A stretch of DNA of 64,000 nt, taken from Eledone cirrhosa (taxonomy: Eukaryota). Below are positions 26,601-41,398 of this stretch, piece after piece (positions within the stretch are counted from its first letter, which is position 1; every line of letters starts with the position of its first letter). The stretch is from contig OZ024740.1 in NCBI GenBank assembly GCA_964016885.1, positions 425,506,001 to 425,570,000 of the forward strand. Direction: 5' to 3'. Both the position numbers and the translations under genes were made by a program. The notes under the pieces were generated by a model. That model did no database searches, had not been told where the DNA came from, and saw only the letters and a list, made by a program, of their open reading frames with translations.

Positions 26601-29600
26601 CTAAGTTATATAATTTCATTTCAGTTACCGCTAAAATATATTTATTTTAGTTACTGCTAAATCATATTTATTTTAGTTACCGCTTAATTATACTTATTTT
26701 AGTTACCGCTAAATTTAATAATTTTATTTTAGTTAACCTAAATTATATAATTTTATTTTAAGTACAGTTAAATTACACGTATATTTATTTTGTTAATGCT
26801 AAGCTATATAATTTTATTTTTGTTACCGCTAAATTACTAAATTATATTTATTTTTGTTACGGCTAAATTATATAATTTTATTTTAATTACCGATAAATTA
26901 TATTTATTTTAGTTACCGCTAAATTATATATTTTTATTTTAGTTACCGCTAAATCATATCATTTTATTTTAGTTTATTGCTAACCTATATTTATTTTAGT
27001 TACCGCTAAATTATATAATTTTATTTTAGTTAGGGCTAAATTATATAAGCTCATTTTACTTACCGCTAAATTATATTTATTTTAGTTACTGCTAAATTAT
27101 ATTCATTTTACTTACCGCTAAATTATATAATAACATTTTAGTTACCGCTAAATTATATAATTTTATTTTATTTAACTCTAAATTATATTTATTTTTGTTA
27201 CCGCTAAATTATATAATTTTTATTTTAGTTACCGCTAAATTATACAACTTTATTTTCGTTGCCTCTTAGTTATATAATTTCATTTCAGTTACCGCTAAAT
27301 TATATTTATTTTAGTGACTGCTAAATCATATTTATTTTAGTTACCGTTTAATTATACTTATTTTGGTTACCACTAAATTTTATATTTTTATTATCGTTAA
27401 CGCTAAATTATATAATTTCATTTTAATTACAGCTAAATTACAAGTATATTTATTTTAGTTACTGCTAAATTATATAATTTTATTTTAGTTACAGCTAAAT
27501 TAGATTTATTTTAGTAAGTCCTACATTATATAATTCCATTTTAGTTGCGGCTAAATCATATTTATATTAGTTACCGCTAAATTACATAATTTTATTTTAG
27601 TTACTGCTAAATTATATAATTTTATTTTAGTTACCGCTAAATTACTAAATTATATTTATTTTTGTTATGGCTAAATTATATAATTTTATTTTAATTACCG
27701 CTAAATTATATTTATTTCAGTTACCGCTAAATTATATTTATTTTAGTTACCGCTAAATTATATAATTTTATTTTAGTTACCGCTAAATTATATTTATTTC
27801 AGTTACCGCTAAATTATATTTATTTTAGTTACCGCTAAATTATATAATATCATTTTAGTTACCGCTAAATTATATTTATTCTTGTTACGTCTAAATTATA
27901 TAATTTTTATTTTAGTTACCGCTAAATCATATAATTTTATTTTAGTTACCGTTAAGTTATATAATTTCATTTTAGTTGGCGCTTAATTATATTTATTTTA
28001 TTTTAGTTACAGGTAAATTATATTTATTTTTGTTACTGATAAATTATATAATTTTATTTTAGTTACCGCTAAATTATATAATTTTATGTTAGTTACCGCT
28101 AAATTATATTTATTTTAGTTACGGCTAAATTATATAATTTTATTTTAATTACCGCTAAATTATACTTATTTTAGTTACCGCTAAATTATATAATTTTATT
28201 TTATTTATCGCTAAATTATATAAATTTATTTTAGTTACAGTTAAATTATATTTGTTTTAGTTACTCCTAAATTATATATTTTTCATTTTAGTTACCGCTA
28301 AATTATATTTATTTTAGTTACTGCTAAATCATATTTATTTTAGTAACCGCTAAATTAGATAATTTTATTTTAGTTACCGCTAAATTATATAATTTTATTT
28401 TTATTACCGCTAAATTATATTTATTTTATTTACCGCTAAATTATATAATAACATTTTAATTACCGCTAGATCATATAATTTCATTTTAGTTACCGCTACA
28501 TTATATTTATTTTTGTTACCGCTAAATTATATAATTTTTATTTTAGTAACCGATAAATTATATAATTTTATTTTAGTTACCACTAAGTGATGTAATTTCA
28601 TTTTAGTTACCGCTAAATTATATTTATTTTATTTTAGTTACAGGTAAATTATATTTATTTTAGTTACTGCTAAATTATATAATTTTATTTTAGTTACCGC
28701 TAAATTATATATTTTTATTTTAGTTACCGCTAAATTATGTAATATCATTTTATTTACCGCTAAGTTATATAATTTTATTTTAGATACCGCTACATTATAT
28801 AATTTTATTTTAGTTACCGCTAAATTATATTTATTTTAGTTACCACTAAATTATATAATAACTCTTTAGTTACAGCTAAATTATATAATTCATCTTAGTT
28901 ACCGCTATATTATATGATTTTGTTGTAGTTTCTGCTAAATCATATAATTTATTTTAGTTACCGCTTAGTTATATAATTTATTTTAGTTACCGCTAAATTA
29001 TATTTATTTTAGTTACGGCTAAATTATATAATTTTATTTTAATTACCGCTAAATTATACTTATTTTAGTTACCGCTAAATTATATAATTTTATTTTATTT
29101 ATCGCTAAATTATATAAATTTATTTTAGTTACAGTTAAATTATATTTGTTTTAGTTACTCCTAAATTATATATTTTTCATTTTAGTTACCGCTAAATTAT
29201 ATTTATTTTAGTTACTGCTAAATCATATTTATTTTAGTAACCGCTAAATTAGATAATTTTATTTTAGTTACCGCTAAATTATATAATTTTATTTTTATTA
29301 CCGCTAAATTATATTTATTTTATTTACCGCTAAATTATATAATAACATTTTAATTACCGCTAGATCATATAATTTCATTTTAGTTACCGCTACATTATAT
29401 TTATTTTTGTTACCGCTAAATTATATAATTTTTATTTTAGTAACCGATAAATTATATAATTTTATTTTAGTTACCACTAAGTGATGTAATTTCATTTTAG
29501 TTACCGCTAAATTATATTTATTTTATTTTAGTTACAGGTAAATTATATTTATTTTAGTTACTGCTAAATTATATAATTTTATTTTAGTTACCGCTAAATT

Positions 29601-32600
29601 ATATATTTTTATTTTAGTTACCGCTAAATTATGTAATATCATTTTATTTACCGCTAAGTTATATAATTTTATTTTAGATACCGCTACATTATATAATTTT
29701 ATTTTAGTTACCGCTAAATTATATTTATTTTAGTTACCACTAAATTATATAATAACTCTTTAGTTACAGCTAAATTATATAATTCATCTTAGTTACCGCT
29801 ATATTATATGATTTTGTTGTAGTTTCTGCTAAATCATATAATTTATTTTAGTTACCGCTTAGTTATATAATTTATTTTAGTTACCGCTAAATTATATAAT
29901 GTTATTTTAGTTACCGCTAAATCATATAATTTTATTTTAGTTACCGCTAAGTCATATAATTTCATTTTAGTTGGCGCTTAATTACATTTATTTTATTTTA
30001 GTTACAGGTAAATTATATTTATTTTAGTTACTGCTAAATTATATAATTTTATTTTAGTTACCGCTAAATTATATTTATTAGTTACGGCTGAATTATATAA
30101 TTTTATTTTAATTACCGCTAAATTATACTTATTTTAGTTACCGCAAAATTATATAATTTTATTTTATTTATGGCTAAATTATATAATTTTATTTTAATTA
30201 CCGCTAAATTATATTTATTTTAGTTACTGCTAAATTATATAATTTTATTTTAGTTACAGCTAAATTATATTTGTTTTAGTTACTCCTAAATTATATAATT
30301 TTCATTTTAGTTACCGCTAAATTATATTTATTTTAGTTACTGCTAAATCATATTTATTTTAGTTACCGCTAAATTACATAATTTTATTTTAGTTACCGCT
30401 AAATTATATAATTTTATTTTTATTACCGCTAAATTATATTTATTTTATTTACCGCTAAATTATATAATAACATTTTAGTTACCGCTAGATTATATAATTT
30501 CATTTTAGTTACCGCTACATTATATTTATTTCTGTTACCGCTAAATTATATAATTTTTATTTTAGTTACCGCTAAATTATATAATATCATTTTACTTACC
30601 GCTAAATTACATAATTTTATTTTAGTTACCGCTAAATTATATAATTTCATTTTATTTACCTCTAAATTATATTTATTTTTATTACCGCTAAATTATATAA
30701 TTTTTATTTTAGTTACCGCTAAATTATATAATTTTATTTTATTTGCCGCTAAGTTATATAATTTCATTTCAGTTACCGCTAAATTATATTTATTTTAGTT
30801 ACTGCTAAATCATATTTATTTTAGATACCGCTTAATTATACTTATTTTAGTTACCGCTAAATTTAATAATTTTATTTTATTTACCGCTAAATTATATAAT
30901 TTTATTTTAATTACCGCTAAATTATATTTATTTTAGTTACTGCTAAATTATATAATTTAATTTTAGTTACCGCTAAATTATATTTATTAGTTACGGCTGA
31001 ATTATATAATTTTATTTTAATTACCGCTAAATTGTACTTATTTTAGTTACCGCAAAATTATATAATTTTATTTCATTTATCGCTTAATTATATAATTTTA
31101 TTTTAATTACCGCTAAATTATATTTATTTTAGTTACTGCTAAATTATATAATTTTATTTTAGTTACAGCTAAATTATATTTGTTTTAGTTACTCCTAAAT
31201 TATATAATTTTCATTTTAGTTACCGCTAAATTATATTTATTTTAGTTACTGCTAAATCATATTTATTTTAGTTACCGCTAAATTACATAATTTTATTTTA
31301 GTTACCGCTAAATTACATAATTTTATTTTTATTACCGCTAAATTATATTTATTTTATTTACCGCTAAATTATATAATAACATTTTAGTTACCGCTAGATT
31401 ATATAATTTCATTTAGTTACCGCTACATTATATTTATTTCTGTTACCGCTAAATTATATAATTTTTATTTTAGTTACCGCTAAATTATATAATATCATTT
31501 TACTTACCGCTAAATTACATAATTTTATTTTAGTTACCGCTAAATTATATAATTTCATTTTATTTACCTCTAAATTATATTTATTTTTATTACCGCTAAA
31601 TTATATAATTTTTATTTTAGTTACCGCTAAATTATATAATTTTATTTTATTTGCCGCTAAGTTACATAATTTCATTTCAGTTACCGCTAAATTATATTTA
31701 TTTTAGTTACTGCTAAATCATATTTATTTTAGTTACCGCTTAATTATACTTATTTTTGTTACGGCTAAATATAATAATTTTATTTTAGTTACCGCTGAAT
31801 TATATAATTTTATTTTAATTACCGCTAAATTATATTTATTTTAGTTACTGCTAAATTATATAATTTTCTTTTAGTTACCGCTAAATTATATTTATTTTCG
31901 TTACGGCTGAATTATATAATTTTATTTTAATTACCGCTAAATTATATAATTTTAATTTTAGTTACCGCTAAATTATATAATTTTATTTTAGTTGCCGCTA
32001 AGTTATATAATTTCATTTCAGTTACCGCTAAATTATATTTATTTTAGTTACTGCTAAATCATATTTATTTTAGTTACCGCTTAATTATACTTATTTTAGT
32101 TACCGCTAAATTTAATAATTTTATTTTATTTAACCTAAATTATATAATTTTATTTTAAGTACAGTTCAATTACACGTATATTTATTTTAGTTACTGCTAA
32201 ATTATATAATTTTATTTTAGTTACTGCTAAATTATATATTTTTATTTTAGTTACCGCTAAATTATATTTATTTTAGTTACCACTAAATTATATAATAACT
32301 CTTTAGTTACAGCTAAATTATATAATTTCATTTTAGTTACCGCTATATTATATGATTTTGTTGTAGTTTCTGCTAAATCATATAATTTATTTTAGTTACC
32401 GCTTAATTATATAATGTTATTTTAGTTACCGCTAATTTATATAATATCATTTTACTTAACGCTAAGTTACGTAATTTTATTTTAGTTACCGCTAAATTAT
32501 ATAATTTTATTTTAGTTACCGCTAAGTTATATTTATTTTAGTTACCACTAAATTATATAATTTCATTTTAGTTACCGCTAAATTATATTTATTTTAGTTA

Positions 32601-35437
32601 CTGCTAAATCATATTTATTATAGTTGCCGCTAAATTATATAGTTTCATTTAAGTTACCGCTATATTATATGATTTTGTTGTAGTTTCTGCTAAATTATAT
32701 AATTTATTTTAGTTACCACTTAATTATATAATTTTATTTTAGTTACCGCTAAATTATTTAATGTTATTTTAGTTACCGCTAAATTATATTTATTTTAGTT
32801 ACCGCTAAATTATATAATTTTATTTTATTTGCCGCTAAGTTATATAATTTCATTTCAGTTACCGCTAAATTATATTTATTTTAGTTACTGCTAAATCATA
32901 TTTATTTTAGATACCGCTTAATTATACTTATTTTAGTTACCGCTAAATTTAATAATTTTATTTTATTTACCGCTAAATTATATAATTTTATTTTAATTAC
33001 CGCTAAATTATATTTATTTTAGTTACTGCTAAATTATATAATTTTATTTTAGTTACCGCTAAATTATATTTATTAGTTACGGCTGAATTATATAATTTTA
33101 TTTTAATTACCGCTAAATTGTACTTATTTTAGTTACCGCAAAATTATATAATTTTATTTCATTTATCGCTTAATTATATAATTTTATTTTAATTACCGCT
33201 AAATTATATTTATTTTAGTTACTGCTAAATTATATAATTTTATTTTAGTTACAGCTAAATTATATTTGTTTTAGTTACTCCTAAATTATATAATTTTCAT
33301 TTTAGTTACCGCTAAATTATATTTATTTTAGTTACTGCTAAATCATATTTATTTTAGTTACCGCTAAATTACATAATTTTATTTTAGTTACCGCTAAATT
33401 ACATAATTTTATTTTTATTACCGCTAAATTATATTTATTTTATTTACCGCTAAATTATATAATAACATTTTAGTTACCGCTAGATTATATAATTTCATTT
33501 TAGTTACCGCTACATTATATTTATTTCTGTTACCGCTAAATTATATAATTTTTATTTTAGTTACCGCTAAATTATATAATATCATTTTACTTACCGCTAA
33601 ATTACATAATTTTATTTTAGTTACCGCTAAATTATATAATTTCATTTTATTTACCTCTAAATTATATTTATTTTTATTACCGCTAAATTATATAATTTTT
33701 ATTTTAGTTACCGCTAAATTATATAATTTTATTTTATTTGCCGCTAAGTTACATAATTTCATTTCAGTTACCGCTAAATTATATTTATTTTAGTTACTGC
33801 TAAATCATATTTATTTTAGTTACCGCTTAATTATACTTATTTTTGTTACCGCTAAATTTAATAATTTTATTTTAGTTACCGCTGAATTATATAATTTTAT
33901 TTTAATTACCGCTAAATTATATTTATTTTAGCTACTGCTAAATTATATAATTTTCTTTTAGTTACCGCTAAATTATATTTATTTTCGTTACGGCTGAATT
34001 ATATAATTTTATTTTAATTACCGCTAAATTATATAATTTTAATTTTAGTTACCGCTAAATTATATAATTTTATTTTAGTTGCCGCTAAGTTATATAATTT
34101 CATTTCAGTTACCGCTAAATTATATTTATTTTAGTTACTGCTAAATCATATTTATTTTAGTTACCGCTTAATTATACTTATTTTAGTTACCGCTAAATTT
34201 AATAATTTTATTTTATTTAACCTAAATTATATAATTTTATTTTAAGTACAGTTCAATTACACGTATATTTATTTTAGTTACTGCTAAATTATATAATTTT
34301 ATTTTAGTTACTGCTAAATTATATATTTTTATTTTAGTTACCGCTAAATTATATTTATTTTAGTTACCACTAAATTATATAATAACTCTTTAGTTACAGC
34401 TAAATTATATAATTTCATTTTAGTTACCGCTATATTATATGATTTTGTTGTAGTTTCTGCTAAATCATATAATTTATTTTAGTTACCGCTTAATTATATA
34501 ATGTTATTTTAGTTACCGCTAATTTATATAATATCATTTTACTTAACGCTAAGTTACGTAATTTTATTTTAGTTACCGCTAAATTATATAATTTTATTTT
34601 AGTTACCGCTAAGTTATATTTATTTTAGTTACCACTAAATTATATAATTTCATTTTAGTTACCGCTAAATTTTATTTATTTTAGTTACTGCTAAATCATA
34701 TTTATTATAGTTGCCGCTAAATTATATAGTTTCATTTAAGTTACCGCTATATTATATGATTTTGTTGTAGTTTCTGCTAAATTATATAATTTATTTTAGT
34801 TACCACTTAATTATATAATTTTATTTTAGTTACCGCTAAATTATTTAATGTTATTTTAGTTACCGCTAAATTATATTTATTTTAGTTACCGCTAAATTAT
34901 ATAATATCATTTTAGTTACCGCTAAATGATATAATTTCATTTTATTTACCTCTAAATTATATTTATTTTTGTTACCGCTAAATTATATTACTTTCATTTT
35001 AGTTACCGGTGGTAAATTGTATAATTTCATTTTAGTTACCGCTAAATTATATGATTTTATTTTAGTTACCGCTAAATTATATAATTTTATTTTAGTTACA
35101 GCTAAATTATATTTACTTCAGTTATTGCTAAATGTTATTTCTTTTAATTACCTTAAAATATATTTATTTTTGTTATCGTTAAATTATACTTATTTTCTTT
35201 ACCCCTAAAATATACAATTTTATTTTACTTACCGCTAAATTATATAATTTGCTTTTAGTCAACGTTAAATTATATTTATTTTACACTAAATTATATAATT
35301 TTATTTTAGTCATCGCTAAATTATATTTATTTTAGTTATCTCTAAATTATATAATATTTATTTTAATCACCTCTAAATTATATAATTTTATTTTAGTTAC
35401 CGCTAAATTATATAATATCACCATAGTTACCGCTAAA
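11618..35437. repeat. AT-rich satellite of mixed 30-bp and 26-bp units, ~24 kb, with higher-order duplications
   Basis: Long unit GTTACCGCTAAATTATATAATTTTATTTTA, short unit GTTACCGCTAAATTATATTTATTTTA, irregularly interleaved and diverged. Confidence 0.98.
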
Positions 35438-35875
35438 GTGACAGATGATCTTAACTGGAATGCTTTTCTTCTAGTTCTGCTTATTCAGAATTCACATGTG
35501 ACTAAACCGTGCAATACAATTATAACTTCAATAATTGTTTATATAGTTGATTAAAAAGAAATTAGTCAAATGAAATTAATCAAACTGTCTCACCATAAGA
35601 AATACCATTTACCAATTTATGAACTCTTCTTAAGAGCGAACGGCATTTAAGAATGTTTTCTTTCGAAGATTGTGTTTCAAATCTGTTGCATTGGTCAGGC
35701 TTACGTTTCCTTATTCCATAGATATATATACGGTGATACTCAAGTATGTAATAGGATGAGTTAAAAAAAACAAGTGAAATAATTTAAGCAGAGAGAAACT
35801 CCTGCTAGGGCTTTTAATATCTAAAAATAAAAAGTGTTAAATTCTATAAATAATAGTTCAATACGCTTGAACAAT

Positions 35876-35909
<34 letters not shown>

Positions 35910-35913
35910 ACAC

Positions 35914-35998
<85 letters not shown>

Positions 35999-36118
35999 GT
36001 CATCATCATTACCATCGTCATCAACATCATCATCATCATAATCAGCATCACCACCTTCATCATCATCATCATCATCTTCATCACCTTCTTCATCATCATA
36101 ATCATCATCATCATCATT
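35876..36118. repeat. (CAT)n/(ATG)n microsatellite, probably the expanded 3' tail of the adjacent minus-strand LINE
   Basis: About 80 imperfect CAT units directly abutting the RTE-type C-terminal remnant. Confidence 0.9.
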
Positions 36119-36910
36119 ATCTTTGCAACCACAGTTGAATATTCCTGACAAATCTCTCCACAATCCACGAATTACCATGTTTCCAGGTAACCGCCCCTAC
36201 TGACGTTTGTATCATCTGAGAGTTGATATACTGTGGCTCCCTTGAGTTGGTTCCCACAATAGTAACTTGTGTATAACTTCCCCTACTGTGTCTCCCTTGA
36301 GTTGGTTCCCACAATAGTGCCTTGTGTATAACTTCCCCTACTGTGTCACCCTTGAGTTGGTTCCCACAATAGTAACTTGTGTATAACTTCCCCTACTGTG
36401 TCTCCCTTGAGTTGGTTCCCACAATAGTGCCTTGTGTATAACTTCCCCTACTGTGTCTCCCTTGAGTTGGTTCCCACAATAGTAACTTGTGTATAACTTA
36501 CCCTACTGTGTCTCCCTTGAGTTGGTTCCCACAATAGTGCCTTGTGTATAACTTCCCCTACTGTGTCACCCTTGAGTTGGTTCCCACAATAGTAACTTGT
36601 GTATAACTTCCCCTACTGTGTCTCCCTTGAGTTGGTTCCCACAATATTACCTTGTGTATAACTTACCCTACTGTTTCTCCCTTGAGTTGGTTCCCACAAT
36701 AGTAACTTGTGTATAACTTCCCCTACTGTGTCTCCCTTGAGTTGGTTCCCACAATAGTAACTTGTGTATAACTTCCTCTACTGTGTCTCCCATGAGTTGG
36801 TTCCCACAATAGTAACTTGTGTATAACTTCCTCTATTGTGTCTCCCTTCAGTTGGTTTCCACAATAGTACCTTGTGTATAACTTCCTTCTTACTTCTCCA
36901 GCAATGCCTT
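36119..36910 (-). mobile_element. 3' end of an RTE/RTE-X-type LINE containing an internal tandem array
   Basis: - strand reads HCWRSKKEVIHKVLLWKPTEGRHNRG and, after the array, ..QLSDDT..MVIRGLWRD, followed by a (TGA)n tail. This resembles the RTE-X ORF2 C-terminus (GHCWRS..E....LLW.P.HG...RG). Confidence 0.75.
36229..36886. repeat. 55-bp minisatellite, ~12 copies, derived from LINE coding sequence
   Basis: Unit CTTGAGTTGGTTCCCACAATAGTAACTTGTGTATAACTTCCCCTACTGTGTCTCC starts at 36241, 36296, 36351 and onward. AGTAAC and AGTGCC variants alternate in the left part. Confidence 0.95.
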
Positions 36911-37444
36911 TCAAACGATAAACGTCTTTGAACAATTGTAGTTATTATCATGATCAAGTTTCTGTATAACCTTTCATTTGTAATACTGTGTGGCCAGTTT
37001 ATATTTTGAACAATATATAAAATTCAAATCAGGGTTAATTTGTATTTACTCTCAACTGGCAAAAGCAACGAATACGTTCCAGACTTATTAGACCTTATCG
37101 AAGTATATTCAATCCTACATTACTTATAATAGCAGGAAAACCACCCTTAGGGTGGTTTCTGCTAGCATGTGTAGTGTGCATATTGATATTATACGCAAGT
37201 ATATATACATGTAGATATGATACATCAAATGAAATTGTAATTGACAATATCCACAGAAGTTGAAGAGAATCTGCTTTACACTGTCTTATGTAATCAGTAA
37301 CGTAATCCATGATACATTAAAAAAAGACTATATTATATATACACTGCATTAGGAAAAAAATTAGTGACGGAAATATATGAATGTTTATATAAGCGATCGC
37401 TAACCGGAAGTATTGACATTTGAAAATTATAACGAAGTGAATCT

Positions 37445-37552
37445 TAAAATAAGCAACAAAATTATTTATATTTAATCAAGAATTACGAAATTTAGTCGAT
37501 AAATTATGTAATATTCATTCATTATTTATTCAAAGTAATCCAACTTATTTTA
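37445..37552 (+). repeat. Dispersed AT-rich repeat, copy 1 (class unknown)
   Basis: AAATAAGCAA.AAAATTATTTATATTTAAT.AAGA.TTACGAAATTTA...CCAACTTATTTTAC also occurs at 48371-48478. Confidence 0.7.
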
Positions 37553-37974
37553 CAAACGGGATAAATAAAAATATATTCTGGACGCAGTTCCGCACTCCTT
37601 TATTTATTATAGTTAAGATTCACCAGACAGTTCAATAAACGTATCTTATTAGAATTACCTCTCTTGCTTGTATTTTTATATTTCAAAAATTCAGTAGAAG
37701 GAATGTTTATCTCCTAATTTCTCAGATAAACTCAGTCGAGAGGTTATTTTTTCCAACTCACTATATTATGTATGTAGAACTCATACTGTATTCGTATTTA
37801 GCACGGTGAGGTATCTTTCCTAGGCATAATGTTGATGTCCTATAGATTGTTGTTTATATGATTCTAGACATACTAACAAGCAGACAACTCCGTGTATAAA
37901 AGACAGTTAATTATATTTTCTATCAGAATCAACATATTCTAAAATGCAAAGTACAAGAGGAACGGACGTAAGTA

Positions 37975-38024
37975 TGTACGTACTTATGTATGTATGTAAA
38001 TATATATATATATATATACATACA

Positions 38025-38080
<56 letters not shown>

Positions 38081-38248
38081 TATAAATATATACATGCATA
38101 TATATATATCTATATCTATATATACATACATGCATGCATATGTATATATATATGTGTGTATATACATATATATATGTATAGAGATATAGATATATTTTTT
38201 ATATATATATATGTACACACACACAAACACACACACACACACACTCTC

Positions 38249-38279
<31 letters not shown>

Positions 38280-38359
38280 CATATATATAGATATAGATAT
38301 ATATAGATATAGATATAGATTATACACACACACACACACATATATACACACACACACAC

Positions 38360-38412
<53 letters not shown>

Positions 38413-39169
38413 ACACAGATACAAATATATATATAGGAGAGGGAGAATGCAGCTTCTATGTTGCTTTGTCAGGATATTAAGTAGAATATCTATTATTATG
38501 GTTTGTTATTAGGTTCCTTTAAACTAGAGAATGTCAAGAAATGCCAAATTAACTGTGTTCGTTTCATGGAAATAAGACTTAAAAGGCGATATTTAAAAAT
38601 AAAATAGCCAAATATACCCAAATCTTGCAATTGCCGTCTTATGTTTCATATTAATACCGTAAATGACTAAGAAATCAAATAATATATATATTAAAAACAA
38701 ATAAACAATATATAAATATGATTTTAAAATTCGTTTGTTTATAGAATTGTATCTGAATTTCCGTCTTACGTTTTTTCTCCACGATTCTAAAAACACTTTT
38801 TTCTCGTTGGTTTTTGAAAGTAGGAGCCAATGTTTATTTAATATTGTGGTTCATTTCTATTTTGGAATAATTTCAGGTATCAATTTATATCCAACTATAT
38901 TTTGAATAATTTCAGGTATAAATTCATGTATATTATGAATAATTTTAAATTCCAAGTTTTGTATTTGTTTTGATAAAATATTTCATTAAAAAAGATACGT
39001 AGACAATATAGAAAATAAACGAAAAAAAAACCTTGCCTAATTCGATTTCATCCAGCAGAAATCTAGCTTTGGATGAAATAAACATGAAGAATTTGTTCTA
39101 TGTCAAATTGTATATAACTGTGTATATATGTATATATATATATATATGCGTGTGTGTGTGTGTGTGAGA

Positions 39170-39244
<75 letters not shown>

Positions 39245-39270
39245 CATATATATTCACATGTATGAATACA

Positions 39271-39350
<80 letters not shown>

Positions 39351-39510
39351 TATACATATATATACGTATATATATACATATACATATATATACATATACA
39401 TACATATACATATATATACATATACATATATATACATATATATACATAAATACATACATACATATATATATACATATATGTGTATGTATGTATTTATGTA
39501 TATGTATGTA
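37975..39510. repeat. Compound (TA)n/(CA)n/(TACA)n microsatellite blocks
   Basis: Tracts at about 37975-38435 and 39120-39510, with AT-rich unique sequence between them. Confidence 0.9.
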
Positions 39511-39512
39511 AA

Positions 39513-40107
39513 TGGTGCTACTGGTAACATGTATCCCAGTACAACCTGTCCCATGGTCGGGTCGTTGGCGACTAAACTGGCAACCCCACCAAGGTTTCTT
39601 GGTGAGGAGGGTGACTTTTGACATCCTGCAGGACTAAAAACAAAATCTGTCAAAGGGCAAAAGAGCTCTTAAGAGTCAATGGCCATCCAAAATCACCGGG
39701 AGAGATGATCCCTTAGCCTTTGTCAAGGCAGAATTCTAGGAGAAGGAAAACTCTGATATAACACCTGCAACCCTGATGGTATCCAATGATGTTGATTTGT
39801 TCTTCTTTTTGGTAAATATCATCTTGGTTAAGAGAGTGGGACTGGCTTTGTGCAGTGCCTTTGCTCACTATAAAAGCTTCACGGTACAGGCATTGCTTTA
39901 TATCTGGAGATCTCTCTGCACTTGTCGTCACATGGTACCATGGGCCCAGCACTATGTGTCAATAATTGTCACAAGTGTAGTGTTTGTACCAGAGTTTTCA
40001 AGTCGCTGGCTGGACTAAAAAGTCACACTCGTTCAGCGCATCGGTAGGAGTTCTCCTACATGGATATAAAGTAGTGGCCGTACTCGAAAACGAGTTGGCA
40101 GTCACCA
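39513..40107. repeat. ~595-bp repeat of unknown class, copy 1
   Basis: Near-identical to 40438-41032 and embedded between microsatellites. Confidence 0.9.
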
Positions 40108-40421
40108 TGTATATATATATGTATGTATGTGTATGTATGTATGTATGTATGTGTATGTATGTATGTATGTATATGTATATATATATATGTATGTGTGTAT
40201 GTGTATATATGTATGTATGTATGTATGTGTATGTGTATGTATGTATGTATGTATGTATGTATGTATGTATGTATGTATCTATGTATGTATGTGTATGTAT
40301 ATATATATATGTATGTATGTATGTATGTGTATATGTATATATGTATGTATGTGTGTATGTATGTGTATGTATATATATATATATATGTATGTATATATGT
40401 ATGTATGTATATATATATATT
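40108..40421. repeat. (TATG)n/(TA)n microsatellite
   Basis: Seen directly between the two 595-bp copies. Confidence 0.95.
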
Positions 40422-40437
40422 ATGTCAGGTCACCAGT

Positions 40438-41031
40438 TGGTGCTACTGGTAACATGTATCTCAGTACAATCTGTCCCATGGTCGGGTCGTTGGCGACTAA
40501 ACTGGCAACCCCACCAAGGTTTCTTGGTGAGGAGGGTGACTTTGGACATCCTGCAGGTTCAAAAACAAAATCTGTCAAAGGGAAAAGGAGCTCTTAAGCG
40601 TCAATGGCCATCCAAAATCACCGGGAGAGATGATCCCTTAGCCTTTGTCAAGGCAGAATTCTAGGAGAAGGAAAACTCTGATATAACACCTGCAACCCTG
40701 ATGGTATCCAATGATGTTGACTTGTTCTTCTTTTTGGTAAATATCATCTTGGTTAAGAGACTGGGACTGGCTTTGTGCAGTGCCTTTGCTCACTATAAAA
40801 GCTTCACGGTACAGGCATCGTTTTATATCTGGAGATTTCTCTGCACTTGTTGTCACATGGTACCATGGGCCCAGCACTATGTGTCAATTATTGTCACAAG
40901 TGTAGTGTTTGTACCAGAATTTTCAAGTCGCTGGCTGGACTAAAAAGTCACACTCGTTCAGCGCATCGGTAGGGGTTCTCCTACATGGATATAAAGTAGT
41001 GGCCGTACTCGAAAACGAGTTGGCAGCCACC

Positions 41032-41032
<1 letters not shown>
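40438..41032. repeat. ~595-bp repeat of unknown class, copy 2 (direct orientation)
   Basis: Aligns end to end with copy 1, from TGGTGCTACTGG to TTGGCAG(T/C)CACCA. Confidence 0.9.
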
Positions 41033-41065
<33 letters not shown>

Positions 41066-41134
41066 ATGCATGTATATATATATATACATACATACATATA
41101 CACACATACGTATATATATATATATAAACATATA

Positions 41135-41225
<91 letters not shown>

Positions 41226-41339
41226 TTGTACACACACACAAAAACACGCACACACACAAAAATACACACACGCACGCACACACACACGTACACACACATA
41301 CGCACGCACACACACACACGTACACACACACGCGCACAG

Positions 41340-41398
<59 letters not shown>
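41033..41398. repeat. (TA)n/(CA)n microsatellite block
   Basis: Seen directly. Confidence 0.95.

Noticed and set aside
11618-35437. Telomeric repeat or CRISPR interpretation; ORFs at 16657, 26384 and 34969
   Set aside because: TTAGTT is not tandem TTAGGG, there are no unique spacers, and the ORFs are chance stop-free satellite stretches.
35821-36178. Poly-Asp, poly-Met and poly-Ile ORFs
   Set aside because: These are (CAT)n microsatellite translations.
39985-40045. Possible minus-strand hammerhead CTGAACGA..GAAA in the 595-bp repeat
   Set aside because: The core has an extra base, and stems I and III do not pair convincingly in either copy.
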